From: Chrysomallon squamiferum
Taxonomy: Eukaryota; Animalia; Mollusca
Length of the DNA stretch: 64,000 nucleotides
Assembly (NCBI GenBank): GCA_012295275.1
Contig: CM022673.1
Coordinates: 17,236,001-17,300,000, forward strand
Direction: 5' to 3'
In this document: positions 24,206-41,975 of the stretch, piece after piece
How positions within the stretch are numbered: position 1 is the stretch's first letter
Layout: each line of letters opens with the position of its first letter
Program-made: the position numbers and the translations under genes
Notes under the pieces: model-generated
Database searches by the model: none
Told to the model about the DNA's origin: nothing
What the model saw: the letters and a program-made list of their open reading frames with translations, nothing else

Positions 24206-24771
24206 TTTTATCTTTTTGTCATATTAGTTGCTTTTGAACAAAAAATCTAATGCAAACTGAGACTAAATGATTTACCAGTGATAACTTACCATGAATTCGA
24301 TGTATTGTATATTATATTATACAACAGTAAATTAAATCATTTGTCTCTGGTTATTTAAAATCTGAAGATGGTTTCTCGACTGCATACTGTGTTATTTCAC
24401 AGAGGCATGTGTATGTATCAAGTGTGATTATTATTTCATTGTAGCTGGAAGATATCTTTATATCTTTACGAATTTCTCCCACACGTTATATTAATGCAAA
24501 TAATAGTTGGGTTCTTTTAATGCTAGAGCAGGTTTTATACGTTGATTAGAATTTTAATTATTGAACTTTCAAACACATTCATAATAGTCGTTTTCTGTAT
24601 GATAAAACATCTTTAAAAGGCACGATGTTTGCTGTGCATGTTCAGTGAGCTGTGAGATGTATTGTTCTGTTTAGTCATGAATTACATTGTTATTACGCTT
24701 AAACGCGAGTCGAATTCTACAATCACACTATGACAAAGCGTTTTGGCTGAACAGCCAGGGATGGGCCTAGG

Positions 24772-24871
<100 letters not shown>

Positions 24872-25581
24872 CGTGTTTACACATTTCTAAAGACAAAAAT
24901 AAAGCACGTTCATAAATATATTTAATATTGATTACGAAGAAGACTAACAAATCTCCCTCTCAAAAACCCCACAACAAAACAACAACAAACAAATCGATTA
25001 GAAATATATCTCTCCATACATTGTCAATGACATATTACACCAATACAAAAAGTCTTTAACGAAGTGTGTCTAAATGTTTGTAAGAAAATTAGAAAATTGC
25101 TGTCTATTAATATGCAGGCAGTTTTAAACGAGAATTAATAACTGTTTATTTTATTTTAATTTATTTTATTTTATTTTATTAAAAAAAATAATAAAAAGTA
25201 TGTCATGACCTATTTAAGGTATACACCTATGTATTAACTGCTACAGTTAATGAATGCGAGATAGTCATCACGTTTTAAAACATTTCCAAACCACGACACT
25301 CCACCATGCAATACTGCAGCAGTTCAATCATTAGACTGCCTAATTTAGTTTGTTAGGAGATCATTGAACCAAACCTCCATAGTTTGCCTTTTTTCTAACC
25401 AACCTAGTGCTGATCTGTTTAAATGATGTAATATGTATTTTACCACCAATGGGAAGGTGTATAAAAAATTTCATTGCTGCTGACGTAATTACCAAGAGTA
25501 ACCGTGGCAAGACAAATTCAGATTTCCTCCCATACATACTTTATTACACTATGGTTACTAATAGTAGTAGTAGTGGTAGTG

Positions 25582-25642
<61 letters not shown>

Positions 25643-25918
25643 TAGTAGTAGTAGTAGTAGTATTGTAGTTTAGTAGTATAAATAATAATAATAACAATAA
25701 TTAAAATTAAAAAACCATTTTTTTTTTACAGGACACCAAATTATGATGTACCCCTATTGCTAGACGTAATCAGCCAATGGAAAATAAGAATGATATTCTC
25801 TAAATATTCAGCTTATCAGCGTTGTAAAACAGGTGTATGCGTAATTACTCTGTAATACACACAACCATAAACACATTTCCCCCATTTTAAATGGGTTAAT
25901 AAAACGAACACTGGTGAA

Positions 25919-29127
<3,209 letters not shown>

Positions 29128-29777
29128 AACAAGGATTATTTCAGTTAACTCCCCGTGATAATCCATTTTCATCTTCAACATGATCGTACACTATCATTAC
29201 ATAAATCTTTCGGATTAGTCCATAAATAGCTTTTCTAGGATCTCTGTCTTCGTCTTCTTCTACTAAAAGATTCCTCTTACAGATAATCTGCATAATTTCT
29301 ACATCGGGAATCACCTTTCTAATTGTTCTCAGTTTTAAGCTGTTCAGGGAACATGCTTTTGTTTAAGTAATATTTACATAACGTTTGTTCGGACTCAGTA
29401 ATGTAACACTGAAGCTGTTTCTTGATGAGACTTTCATGTCAGAGAATACGTTTCTTGAATATGTATAAGGAAAGACGTTTGTTTGTACGACACGGATGAT
29501 GTATCACATGCAACCTTTCTTGGATAATGCTGACATGTCGTGAAATGTGATTCTTGGAAAAGGCTGACCTATCTTTAAAGACGAGTTTGTCTCGAACATT
29601 TACATTTTGCAATACAGATTGTGTGGGATATTGCCGGTGTTTCATAATTTCATTATCACTTACATTATCGTGCGGTCTGCAGGGAGGTTTTTGTTTGAGC
29701 TGTTTTGAATTTACAAACACAAAACAGAGATTTTTGATTTTTTTAAATTTTAATCTTTTTAATTTGTCAGAGAACGA

Positions 29778-29835
<58 letters not shown>

Positions 29836-29849
29836 TATTATTATTATTA

Positions 29850-29915
<66 letters not shown>

Positions 29916-29996
29916 GCTATTGTTGTTGTTCTTCTTTTAAAGCTGATTTTGACCTTGGCGAATATGTATTTTTATTATACATTATTAATTAAAATA

Positions 29997-30148
29997 TGAC
30001 TTTGTTTACTTTTTTGAGCATATTACATAAAACATTTAAAATGTAAATCATTATTTGACCCTTCATTGTAAAACATGATGTTGTTTACTTTTTTCAGCAT
30101 ATTACATAAAAATTTAAAATGTAAATCATTATTTGACACTTCATTGTT
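29997..30148. repeat. Two-copy tandem duplication, unit about 79 bp
   Basis: ttgtttacttttt..agcatattacataaaa..tttaaaatgtaaatcattatttgac.cttcattgt occurs twice back to back. Confidence 0.85.
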
Positions 30149-30946
30149 TTATGTTATATCAAATAAAAACAAACCAGTCAACATACTTACATCTGTTTAT
30201 GAATTTATTTTTTTATTTATTATTTGTTTTTTTATTTATTTTTTCTAGAATAACTGGTTAATAGACCGGGGGGAAGGTGGGTGGGTCACAGAAGGGTTCG
30301 TTTGCCCGAAATTTTCCATTGGAACAAAAGAAGTACTTTGCTTTGTTCATATTAGCTACACTCGACTACCCTCCCGGATTCAGGCAGTGGCATTCCCCTC
30401 CCTAGCATTCCCGGGACGTACACCCACGAATATACTACCATGACGTACACGAAACACCCCGTTTAATTTGACACAAATAATGAACAAGAAATATGAACGA
30501 AATCTCTGGTATTCTCAGAACTGTGATAAAAATCTTAGTACTCGCGTCCGAAACGAGATTTGTAATGATCGTTAATGTTTTCTTCGTCTGCTACATCAGA
30601 CCGGAATGCGAAACTAAGCTGCTGTCTTTTCTTCTTATTGCAAAAATCTATATACAAACTTTACACTAGTGTGTTGTGATGTTTTGTCGATAAAATATAG
30701 CACACAGACACGGTACAGTTATGTAATTGAAGAGCAAGGGAATATTTAATCACGCCTGAATTAAAAACATTTTTAGACACTGAGAAAATTCACAAATGTT
30801 AACGTTTGTTTTAAGTTCTAAGAGTACATTACAAAATCGTAATAACAGATATATATATATATATATATATATATTGTTTAATTTCATATATATTTATATA
30901 AAAAAATAATTTCACTTCATCGGGATTTCACTCAAGGTCATATATC

Positions 30947-30983
<37 letters not shown>

Positions 30984-31341
30984 CAAAACAAAAAATAATA
31001 ATATATTAACAACATAATATCTTATATAACATATTATATAACATATTAAACAACACAAACATGGAGTTTAAAAAATTAAAATGAATAGTAATTGAAAACA
31101 ACTAAATGTATTGTACATGGCAGAACAGTTATCTGATTTTTAATATGTAATTTATAGTTTCTTAAAAATATTACAAGACAAAGATGTTTTTATAATAATG
31201 ATGATTATCGTAGTAAAAGAAGTGGTAAAAAGAAAATGAATGATACTTTCATCGTTAAAGTAATATTTATAGTATTTTTAATGGTGTTTTAATACAAATT
31301 TGACTGTATTTCGTAAAACAATATTATAAGATTATACGGTT

Positions 31342-31407
<66 letters not shown>

Positions 31408-31655
31408 CCCCTGTTACTCTATCGATCTCTGTCTGTCTCTGTCTCTCTCTGTCTCGCTATCACTATCTCTGTATCTCTCTTTTTCTATCTATATCTCTTT
31501 CTGTGCCTTTGTCTCTCTCTTTCTATCTCTATATCTTTCTCTGTCTCTGTCTCTCTCTCTTTCTCTCTCTCTCTTTATGTCTGTTATTCGGTCTGTCTAT
31601 GTGAATATATCCTCAGTCTCTTTCTCTAAAACTGTTATTACCCTTTGTTTTCCAT

Positions 31656-31693
<38 letters not shown>

Positions 31694-32145
31694 AAAAAAA
31701 TAAATAAATAAAAATAAATAAATAAAATAATAATAATAATACATATTCTTTAGCAGCACCAAATCGGGCACTTTGTTCATGCATTTTCTTTTATATAAAA
31801 TATAAATTTTCTTTCCTATTTGTTTCCTTAGAACAATAATACCTACAAGGACGACAATAACAACATCAACAAGAATAATAATAATTAATAAGTAACAGTT
31901 GCTGTGTTAATAAAAGTGGTTATGGTTGTAACAGTAATAGGTAAGTAGTAGCAGTGATGGTGATAGTAGCAGTAGTATTAACAGTAGTACATGGATTAGT
32001 AACAGTAATACTACTGCTAGTAATAGGAACAGTGGTAGTAATAGTATTAATAGTATCACTGTTATCAAATTTAAATTAAACAATGAAAGCTTTTGATAAA
32101 AGGAATCAGTGAGTTAATTTTATCCACATCGTTATTAATGAAAGA

Positions 32146-32843
32146 TTAATTTGTCTTTGGTTTAATTTTACTTTTCAACCAGTCGTAAAAAGCGACCAAC
32201 GACCCTGTTTTATTTTCGGGTCCCACGAAACCCAGTAAAGTGGAGAACAGGACCAGCGAGAACAGAATAGAAAACGCTATGGTACAGAACATGAAAATGC
32301 CGAACTGCATGAAAAACATGATCTGTGCGAAAAGCATGAAAAACGACGCGCCGATTGTGGTGCTCGCTCCAGAAAGGACGGAAATACCAACATGCTCCAG
32401 CATGTCCTGAACGCGGTCGACGCGACGCTGCTGGGCGGAGCGGTGATACCCTTCAGCTAAGTGAACGACGTAGTCGACGGAGAGGCCCACGATGAGCGAC
32501 AAGTTGATCGATTCCAGAACCTGAAATGAAAACCAGAACGAAAAGCTTTAAGAGGAATGACAGCAAATAAGCATATAAGGAAGAAGAAAAAAAAAAAAAA
32601 TAATAATAATAAAGAGCAACGAATTAAGTGGTTAAAATAGTTATATAATTTATACGTTCATGCACATGCATACACATGCACACGCAAAGAGACATGCCAT
32701 ATGCACGCACAGATGAAATACTACGTACACATGCACGGACGCATTTATACACATGTAGATGTATCGGAAAATATATTTTTAAAATTTCTTTTGTTTAAAG
32801 GTTTGTTTTAAAGGAAATTTACAAAAAATAATTTTAAAAAGTA

Positions 32844-32906
<63 letters not shown>

Positions 32907-33733
32907 ATTAACCCCCCAAAACAGCAAAAAACAACAACAACAAAAAAACAACAAAAAAAAACAACCCCAAAACAAGAAACAATAAAGAAAAGATATTTGT
33001 GAATTGTTTTCTAATTTTTTTTTTTAATTTTTTTTATTTTTTAAATACTCGTAGAAAATAAATAGAGAAATTTAATGAGCAGAAACTGAAGCAATAATGT
33101 ACACATAAATAATAAATAACTGCAGTAAAAACTTCAGTCTATCCGGAAATCGATTCGAAACGAAGTAAAAATTGATCTGTTTTAAATGGTAATGCAGTCA
33201 TTACATACACAGAGTATCTCAGCTTTCAGCTGTTCAGTAAAGCATAAATTTTATGTTCGAGAACTTTATAATAAGTGTACAATCGACTTCTTCTATTGAC
33301 TTTTAATATCATTTTGATGTTTTTAATTTTTATGTACGTCCGCGTGTCTATCGAACCATTCATTCACAATACAGCTTAAATTAAATAAAATCATTCTTAA
33401 TTTTTAGTAGAGTTACATTTACCCCAAGTTTCCACCCGGCAAGAGGAATAACTCCAACAACGCACGCCGTCACACAACCGATTGTCGCCGTTGCTAGGAA
33501 ACCAAGAATAATGTTCATAGTTGCTAGGGTCAAGATCGGGAAAGCTGTACAGATTCCAATAATAATACCCTTTATCGCCGAGTCAGATAATATCTGAAAT
33601 TTATTTCTTACATTTAACAAAAGTAAAATATGATGTGTAACATACCTGGCAATTTAATTTTTGTTGTTGTTTGGAAAATCGAATTTGTGTACAATATGAT
33701 GTCCAAACGAGGATGGATCATAGAATTTTATAT

Positions 33734-33774
<41 letters not shown>

Positions 33775-35065
33775 ATAATGATGATGATGTTAATGATGAC
33801 TATTATGACGATGGTGATGATGATGATAATATTAACAAAGTTATAATTATAAAAATGGTTAAAACGATAACTGTAATAGACGGTATTAATTATAAAAATG
33901 GCCAAAACGATAACTGAAACGAAAGGAATAATTATGAAAATGGCTAAATAAAACTGAAACAAACTGTGCTGCTGATAAAAACGGCTAAAATGGTAACTGT
34001 TAACGATGTGATGGTGGAAATGACTAACTTTCTGAAATTTGAACCACTGCCATTCTCCGTGAGGTGTGCACTGAAACCCGCCAGTCAGGGAGCCAGGAAG
34101 CTGCTTCATCTGAAAAGTAACCATAGGTCATTAAGCGTCGTGCACACCAAGCGACTTACAGCAACGGTTTTTGAAGTATACGATCAAATCATACTGTGTA
34201 AACGTGCCTATACACGAATAAATTACACGTATTATTACTGTCATAGAGGTAGATTTTCACGATACAGTTTATTATAATGACTTACATTATACGATCAACT
34301 CATACTGTGTGAACACGCCTATACAATAAAGTTCTTGAACAATATTACAAACTGTATCACTGAGGTAAAGAGAGATTCTCACCGAACGATTTATCGAAAC
34401 AACTTATTGCAGATGATTACATTGTTGTGTTAGAACACACCTAAACCTAAATGACTAATTTGTGGCATACTTTTATCACAGAAAGTTTGTTGCGGGTTGG
34501 CAATCATTGTATTTGCCAGGCATTTCTTTTGCAGACAGGCAAATATATTAATTTTATGTTATAAGCTGAACTTCATAAATAGCATTCTTGATATACGATT
34601 TATATTGTACCAGTTATGAAATATTAAGAATAACTACGAAGACAGCAACTTTCTTAATGTTATGAATCCAAGGAAAGCAGCAGCAACAACAGTTAACAGA
34701 TAAAAACAATAAACAAAAAGAAAACAAAGAACAAAAACGAAGTAGAAACAGCATTACGAGAACAAAGAAATCAATAATCTTACTAAGGTCTGCGTGAAGT
34801 TTTCCCATGCGTCAAACGCAGGAATGCCGGTGACGTAGTTCATTTTTGTCTCTGTCAGAGTCGTGTTGATGATGATGGCGGCATAGCGAAGTCTTGAGCC
34901 GTAAAAGTGTTCTGAGAGTACAAATAAAAAATTTATAAACTATTGTTAACTCTCATTTTGTATATTTATTTATTTATTGTATTGTATTTTCATTTTATTT
35001 GTAATATATTTTATCTGAATTTTTTTCTTATTTGTTTGTAACTTATTTTCACTCACATTCGTATG

Positions 35066-35096
<31 letters not shown>

Positions 35097-38000
35097 TTCT
35101 GATTTATTTGCAATGATTTTTTTTACTCATCTTTTGTAAAGTATTTTTATTTAAATTTTCTAATGTTTTTCAGTTTGTAATGTTTTTTTTTTTTTTTTTT
35201 TTTTGTATATTACATTTTGTATTTCTTAACTTTTTTTTTTTTTTATCTTTAATCTTTTATAACGTATTTTTACTAATTCTTTGTAACATATTTTCACTCA
35301 TAATTCATAACGTAGTTTATCTATATTTGTACCGTATTGTTACTAAATTTTAGCGTATTTTTTAATGTATGAAAAAAAAAGGAAAAGATTAATGAAATGA
35401 AAAAATAAATAAACAAATAAACGAATAAACTAAACCATAAAAGCATGACGAATTAAATGATAACATGGAGTGAGTTAATGTGACGTTACGTACTGGTGTC
35501 GTCTTTGATATGCATTGTATCATATTTATCTTCAGCCTGTCCTAGTAACAGGGCAAACCTCTCAGTGTTTTGATCACTTTCATTGTATCCATTAGAGATC
35601 CAGTACATCACAGCTGTCTGAAAATTAAAATAATATGGATAAATAAATACATAAAACAATGAATGAATAAATGAATAAGTAAATAAATGTGTAACTTATT
35701 CTTATGTACAATGTACCATACCTCAAAATATCTGTAGAAATTGGAGTAATCTGCTGTCAGGTTGTAAATGTCAGGGTTAGCTTCCATGAAAAACGTCACT
35801 TTTCTTTCTGACAGTGGCAGACTGAGGTCACTGTAGTTGTACTTCGACGTGTTTCCTAAATCCTGTAATTTTAATAAACAAATCCAGTTTACCGTAAAAT
35901 ACATTACAATTCTGTACATACGTACATGCATACATAGATATATACAAAGATATATACATACATCTGAACACACACAAACACACACACACATATATGTGTA
36001 TGTATGTATGCATGTATATAAGCATACATGCATATATTCTACATACATATACATACATACATACATACAAACGTACTGTCATATATTTATTCAGCTCATC
36101 AGTAAAACACAACACTTCCATTTTGTTTGTGTTTTGGTTTCTTCTGATGTGAAGTTCTGTGTTTTCCCAGTCTGGCATATCACGAATGTTATTACACAGT
36201 TTCTGTAAGAGAAAACAAAACAAACAAAAAACAACTAATAATTAAATAAAACAGCCCCCCCAAATTCTTAGAATTAATAAAATTAATATTATTTTTATAC
36301 AATCTTTGTATTTACTTATCTATCCACGATGTTTCAGTCTCATTTTGTTTTTCATATTGTTATTTATTGGTGTTCTCTGTTAATGATAAACTTAGTGTGC
36401 TCTGTCTATAACATTACAGAGTTACATTCATAGGTTTGTTATTGTAACTCAGGCAGGTAAATATTTCTTATTGATTATTTCCTATAAATTCTTGATTAAT
36501 AATTATAAGGTAACTATGTTGTATCTAAAAATATTTATATTATTATTTTTGCTTATACCACTTCATATTATAATACACTGTGTGTGTATGTGTGTGTATG
36601 TATGTGTGTATGTATATATGTATGCATGTATGTGCGTTTGTATGAGTGTATGTGTATGTATGTTTGTATATATGTGTGGATGTTTGTACACACACACACA
36701 CATATATATATATACCAGTGTGTTTCTTGTATGACTATTTGTTTGCATGTATATATATATATATGCATATATGTCTGTGTGTATCCACACACACACAGAC
36801 ACACGAACACACACACACACAGATGCACCAAGGTATCTACGTTGACTTACCAGAAGTTCAGTCTGGGCGTGTTTAGGGTTGAGATCAAACGTGTCATCCC
36901 AGACAGTGGTACCCGTGCACTCGAAATCAGTCTTATGACAGGTTTGTCTGTCCTGTGGCTTCAGTCCCCAGACCATGTACACTTGAATAGTTTTATCTTC
37001 AGTCGTCGGCTTGAATGAATATTTTATTCTTTTGATCGCTTTTCCGTAGTAATGTGTGTCTTTGTAGATTTGTAGCTGACGAATTCAACAAAATAAAAAA
37101 ATTATTTTTAATTATTTACATTTGGAGATTTAAAAAAAAATAAAGTTTAAAAATATTTTCCATACTTCTAAATAATTATTATGTTTATTTTTTATTTTAT
37201 GTCATCCAATCTTTGTTAATAACAAGGTATAATAATAACAGCGTACAGTCTAAAACTATTTTGGTCCCGCTGTTTTAGGGTATAGGGCTGACCAGTTACC
37301 TCTAGATTCTTCTAGCATAAGACAAAATAAATCTAAGTCCGCCATGTACACGAAAACATCACGATTTTAGACAGATGTTAATTTTTTTTATTTTGTTGTT
37401 ATAAATAAATTAACAACATTAATATGCACAACACAGTAACTTCTAAGTACAAATAATATTTTATCAGTAACTATTAAATAAAATGAAGAATAATAATGAA
37501 AACTGATAGCAGCAACTATTTTGTAGACATAACGTTTCACACAACATGAAAACACAAAGACGTCAATCTGGGGCAACAGTAACTTTGCACTGGATGAAAA
37601 GTTGTACAAGAAATGGACGAGTTCTAGCATGGATGGTGTCATTTTAAGTAGGTTTATAATGTATGTTTGTTGTCTGTATTAGGTTGTTTTTACTTAAAAA
37701 TCTTGAAACTTTTAACCTGTTACTGCTACTACTACTACGATAACGATAACAATAATGATAATGATAATGATAATGCATAAACTAGAGAATAAAAAAAAAA
37801 AACGAAAGAAAAAACCCCAAAACCCATCAACCCCAATACAGTATTGTATTATACTGTATTCGACTGTATTATATTGTATTATGCTGTGTTTGACTGTATT
37901 GTATTATACTGTGTTCGACTGTATTGTATTGTATTATGCTGTATTAGACTGTATTGTATTGCATTATACTGTATTCGACTATATTCGACTGTATTGTATT

Positions 38001-41000
38001 GCATTATACTGTATTCGACTGTATTATATTGTATTATGCTGTGTTCAACTGTATTGTATTGTATTATGCTGTATTCGACTGTATTGTATTGTATTATACT
38101 GTATTCGTCTGTATTGTATTGTATTATGCTGTATTCGACTGTATTGTATTGTATTATGCTGTATTAGACTGTATTGTATTGTATTATACTGTATTCGACT
38201 GTATTGTATTGTATTATACTGTATTCGACTGTATTGTATTGTATTATGCTGTTTTCGACTGTATTGTATTGTATTATGCTGTATTAGACTGTATTGTATT
38301 GCATTATACTGTATTCGACTGTATTGTATTGCATTATACTGTATTCGACTGTATTGTATTGTATTATACTGTATTCGACTGTATTCGACTGTACTGTATT
38401 GTATTATGCTGTGTTCGACTGTATTGTATTGTATTATGCTGTATTCGACTGTGTTGTATTGTATTATACTGTATTCGACTGTATTGTATTGTATTATACT
38501 GTATTCGACTGTACTGTATTGTATTATGCTGTGTTCGACTGTATTGTATTGTATTATACTGTATTCTACTGTATTGTATTGTATTATGCTGTATTCGACT
38601 GTATTGTATGTATTATGCTGTATTCGACTGTATTGTATTGTATTATGCTGTATTCGACTGTGTTGTATTGTATTATACTGTATTCAACTGTAGTGTATTG
38701 TATTATACTGTATTCGACTGTACTGTATTGTATTATGCTGTGTTCGACTGTATTGTATTGTATTATACTGTATTCTACTGTATTGTATTGTATTATGCTG
38801 TATTCGACTGTACTGTATGTATTATGCTGTATTCGACTGTATTGTATTGTATTATACTGTATTCTACTGTATTGTATTGTATTATGCTGTATTCGACTGT
38901 ATTGTATTGTATTATGCTGTATTCGACTGTGTTGTATTGTATTATGCTGTATTCGACTGTATTGTATAAATTACCTGTCCTTTATCAGGCTCAAGCAGAG
39001 AAGCGAAGTAGATGAAGACTGCGATAAGAATGAAGCCGACAACACAGATGATCCAGCGAGCTATCCTGTGAGTGACAAATCTGAAAAAAGGGTCTCTGAA
39101 AAATCTAACGACGACATTTTTTTGATCACAACTTTTTCCTTGCGTTGCAACCTGTACCTTCTTACAACATCGTTTGGTACAAGGCAACGTTTTCGACTCC
39201 CAGTGTTTATGATACACAACTACAACCACGGGTAAGAAAGTAATGACGGACAAGTAATTGACAAAAACGAGGATTCCGGAAAACAGACCAAACGATCGAA
39301 TAGCTAGAATGGGAGAAAAGGCGTTGATTAAAAAGGCAACCATGGTTGTCAGTGTCGTCATGAACATGGTCTTCCTGGAGCTAACGTAACATGCTGTGAC
39401 TCTCTCTTCAAGATTGGAATAGTGACCACCAGCCGTTCCCCTCCACGTGTCTAAATACACAAAGATATCATCAGCACCTATTCCAAGAATTATAAACACG
39501 GACAGAACGTGGAAGATTCCAAAGTACCTGTAATCAAAAACAATTCTGTAAATGAGATTCGATCCCACAAAGCTGGAAATGATGCTGAATATGGCGAAAC
39601 TCGTTAGAAAGAAAGACTGAGTCTGGAAACAACATGAAGATGACGATAAACATGAAACTGCCAGCAGCAAGAAGGAGATCTTTGGTGACCTGATCAAAAA
39701 CCTCCGACATAAGCAGCATTTTACTGTAGAAAAGAAACGACATTCCCCCGACTCCGCTGTCGACAGCTTCTTTAAGTTTCGGCAGAAAATTATCATCACT
39801 TATAATCATTTTTATTCTCGTGATGTACGACGTGGCTTCAGTAGAACTGATTACAGCGCCGTTGCCCAGGAAATACTGCAGAACATCTCGCAGACGTTTA
39901 TCTGCGTTTGCTGCTTCCAAAGTTTTCGGAATATCTTCGAAAGTGGAGTCGTTAAAGTTCGGTCCGTACGTCCCGTCAAAGAATCTAATTATAGAATAGG
40001 GTTTGATGCTTTTCTGTGGGTCTCGTTCGGCCATTAATTCGCTTTCGAAATCAGAAATAGCTTTAAGTCTTTCTTTAGTAAATACATTGCCTCCTTCGTA
40101 AATCAGAACAAGCTCGACACCTGGTTGTTGTGGCGGCTGATATTCGTATGTGCTGTCCGAAACCTTGTCGTGTAAATCTGTTGATTCCCATGCCAGTGTT
40201 CGTAAAAACGTCACGTCTTCCGAGAGATCCAGAGGAACCTGTTTGAAATTAAGTGGTAGAAGATTGTATCCACTACCAATAAGTATCACAGATACGATTA
40301 TAAATAGAAGATGACTTCCTAGAGTGAGAACTGGAAAAAATAAAAATAAAAATAAATAAAATAGAATAAAATAAAAAATACATTTGTATATATCAAAACG
40401 TTTACTTCTAGTAATTACTGTTCAAACTGACATTAACATTGCGGGGTAAATATCATAATTAAATAAGCTTTGTTTTAAATTATAACATGACATTAATGTT
40501 CGTGTTCTACGTTACATGAAGTTCTTTTTTTTTCATCTTTTTTTTTGATAATAGCTAATTAATAAGTTAATTTTTTGTTTTAAAGGATTTAGAATTATAA
40601 CATGAAAGATCAATGTTTGTTGTAAAACAATATAAAGAATGTAATTATGATTTGATTGACAGTTTGATTTGTTTGATAAGACTGTAAAACCAATATTATG
40701 ATATTGATGTGAAATCTGAGGTTTAGTGATTTAATATAATTTTACATCTCAAATTTGAACAAAGCTTTGTGGTTTATCGTGAATAAAGAAGATATCCATT
40801 GTGTATATCATTTGTTAAAGTAAGAATAATTACATTTTGGGGAAATTTATTAACTGAAAAGAGTATAAATTGTCTGGTGTATTATACAGTTATTATCGCA
40901 TAACCATAGCATAAATGCTATAACAAGTCCTTGGTTATCTTCTATAAAAGCTATACTGTAGAATGTAGTTTATGTAGAATAAATTCAGGTTTCCAAGTGA

Positions 41001-41943
41001 ATGTACTGTGGTTACATGCTGTTAAAAGAATTTTATGATAACTTGAATCATCTAAATGCATTAATTAAAAATTTCAAAGATGAATTTAAATTTGAACATT
41101 ACCTATTAAAGCTGCCAACAAAAAAATTAGAACATTCTGTAAATTTAGAACCAGAAATGTCAAAACCCCTACAGAAACTGTTAGCTGCTTCAATGTTGAA
41201 AGAGAGGACAGAATATGTCATTTATATAATTCTTATAGTAGTGACGAGTTCCACTATATTTTTAACTGTACATGTTTATCTTATGAGAGAAATAAACATA
41301 TAACCATATCTTTATACACTTAGATCAAATACAACAATATTTCACATTATTTTCTACAATCGTAAAGAAAATCACTTTTGTATAAACTTTCCCGATGTTT
41401 AGAAATTGTCACTGAGAGAGTCAGTCTTCCTGGTTAAATAATAATTAATATGTCACGTCAATTTATGTGGTTTCATATATATAATGATACCAATCTCCAA
41501 TTTTGTCAAGTTTAAAAATATGACATTTCTATTTTTTCTTAAATATTAAACTATCTTCCAGTTTCAGTAGGAAGTTTAACATTACAAGATCTAAATATAA
41601 ATAAGATATCAGCATTCTTTTCAGACAGCACTATAAGATAATTTTCTGATTTCAGTTCATTTTTAAAACATTTATAATTTTTACTCTTTGGAGACGTTTT
41701 AAATTAATTTTTCCATATTTGTAGATACTGATCATGTAATATTTTGGATTCTGTTTCATGTAACCATTTAACATTATCAACGTTTAAGATTTGTCCACAT
41801 ATGTGCGAAGTCTCATCATGTATCATTCTTACTAGTTCACCTTAGATCATAAAACTAATGGTACATTCATTAACACTTAGAAATAGTTACTAGTCAATCA
41901 GTCAGCCAATAAGTCAGTTAGTCAGTTAGTCAGTCAGCCAATA

Positions 41944-41975
<32 letters not shown>

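Noticed and set aside
37841-38965. CRISPR-like regular repeat array
   Set aside because: Head-to-tail units with no unique spacers, in a eukaryotic intron, with no cas genes.
37755-39235. Long Cys/Tyr-rich ORFs of 312, 353 and 313 aa
   Set aside because: They are translations of the 30-bp minisatellite, which lacks stops on this strand. They lie antisense within the dispatched gene.
39623-39670. Tiny intron explaining the dispatched frameshift (ttgtttccAG looks like an acceptor)
   Set aside because: There is no good donor nearby, and splicing would delete the transmembrane helix that reads continuously up to the shift.
41001-41303. 100-aa ORF as a nested host gene
   Set aside because: Explained as a frameshifted LINE remnant.
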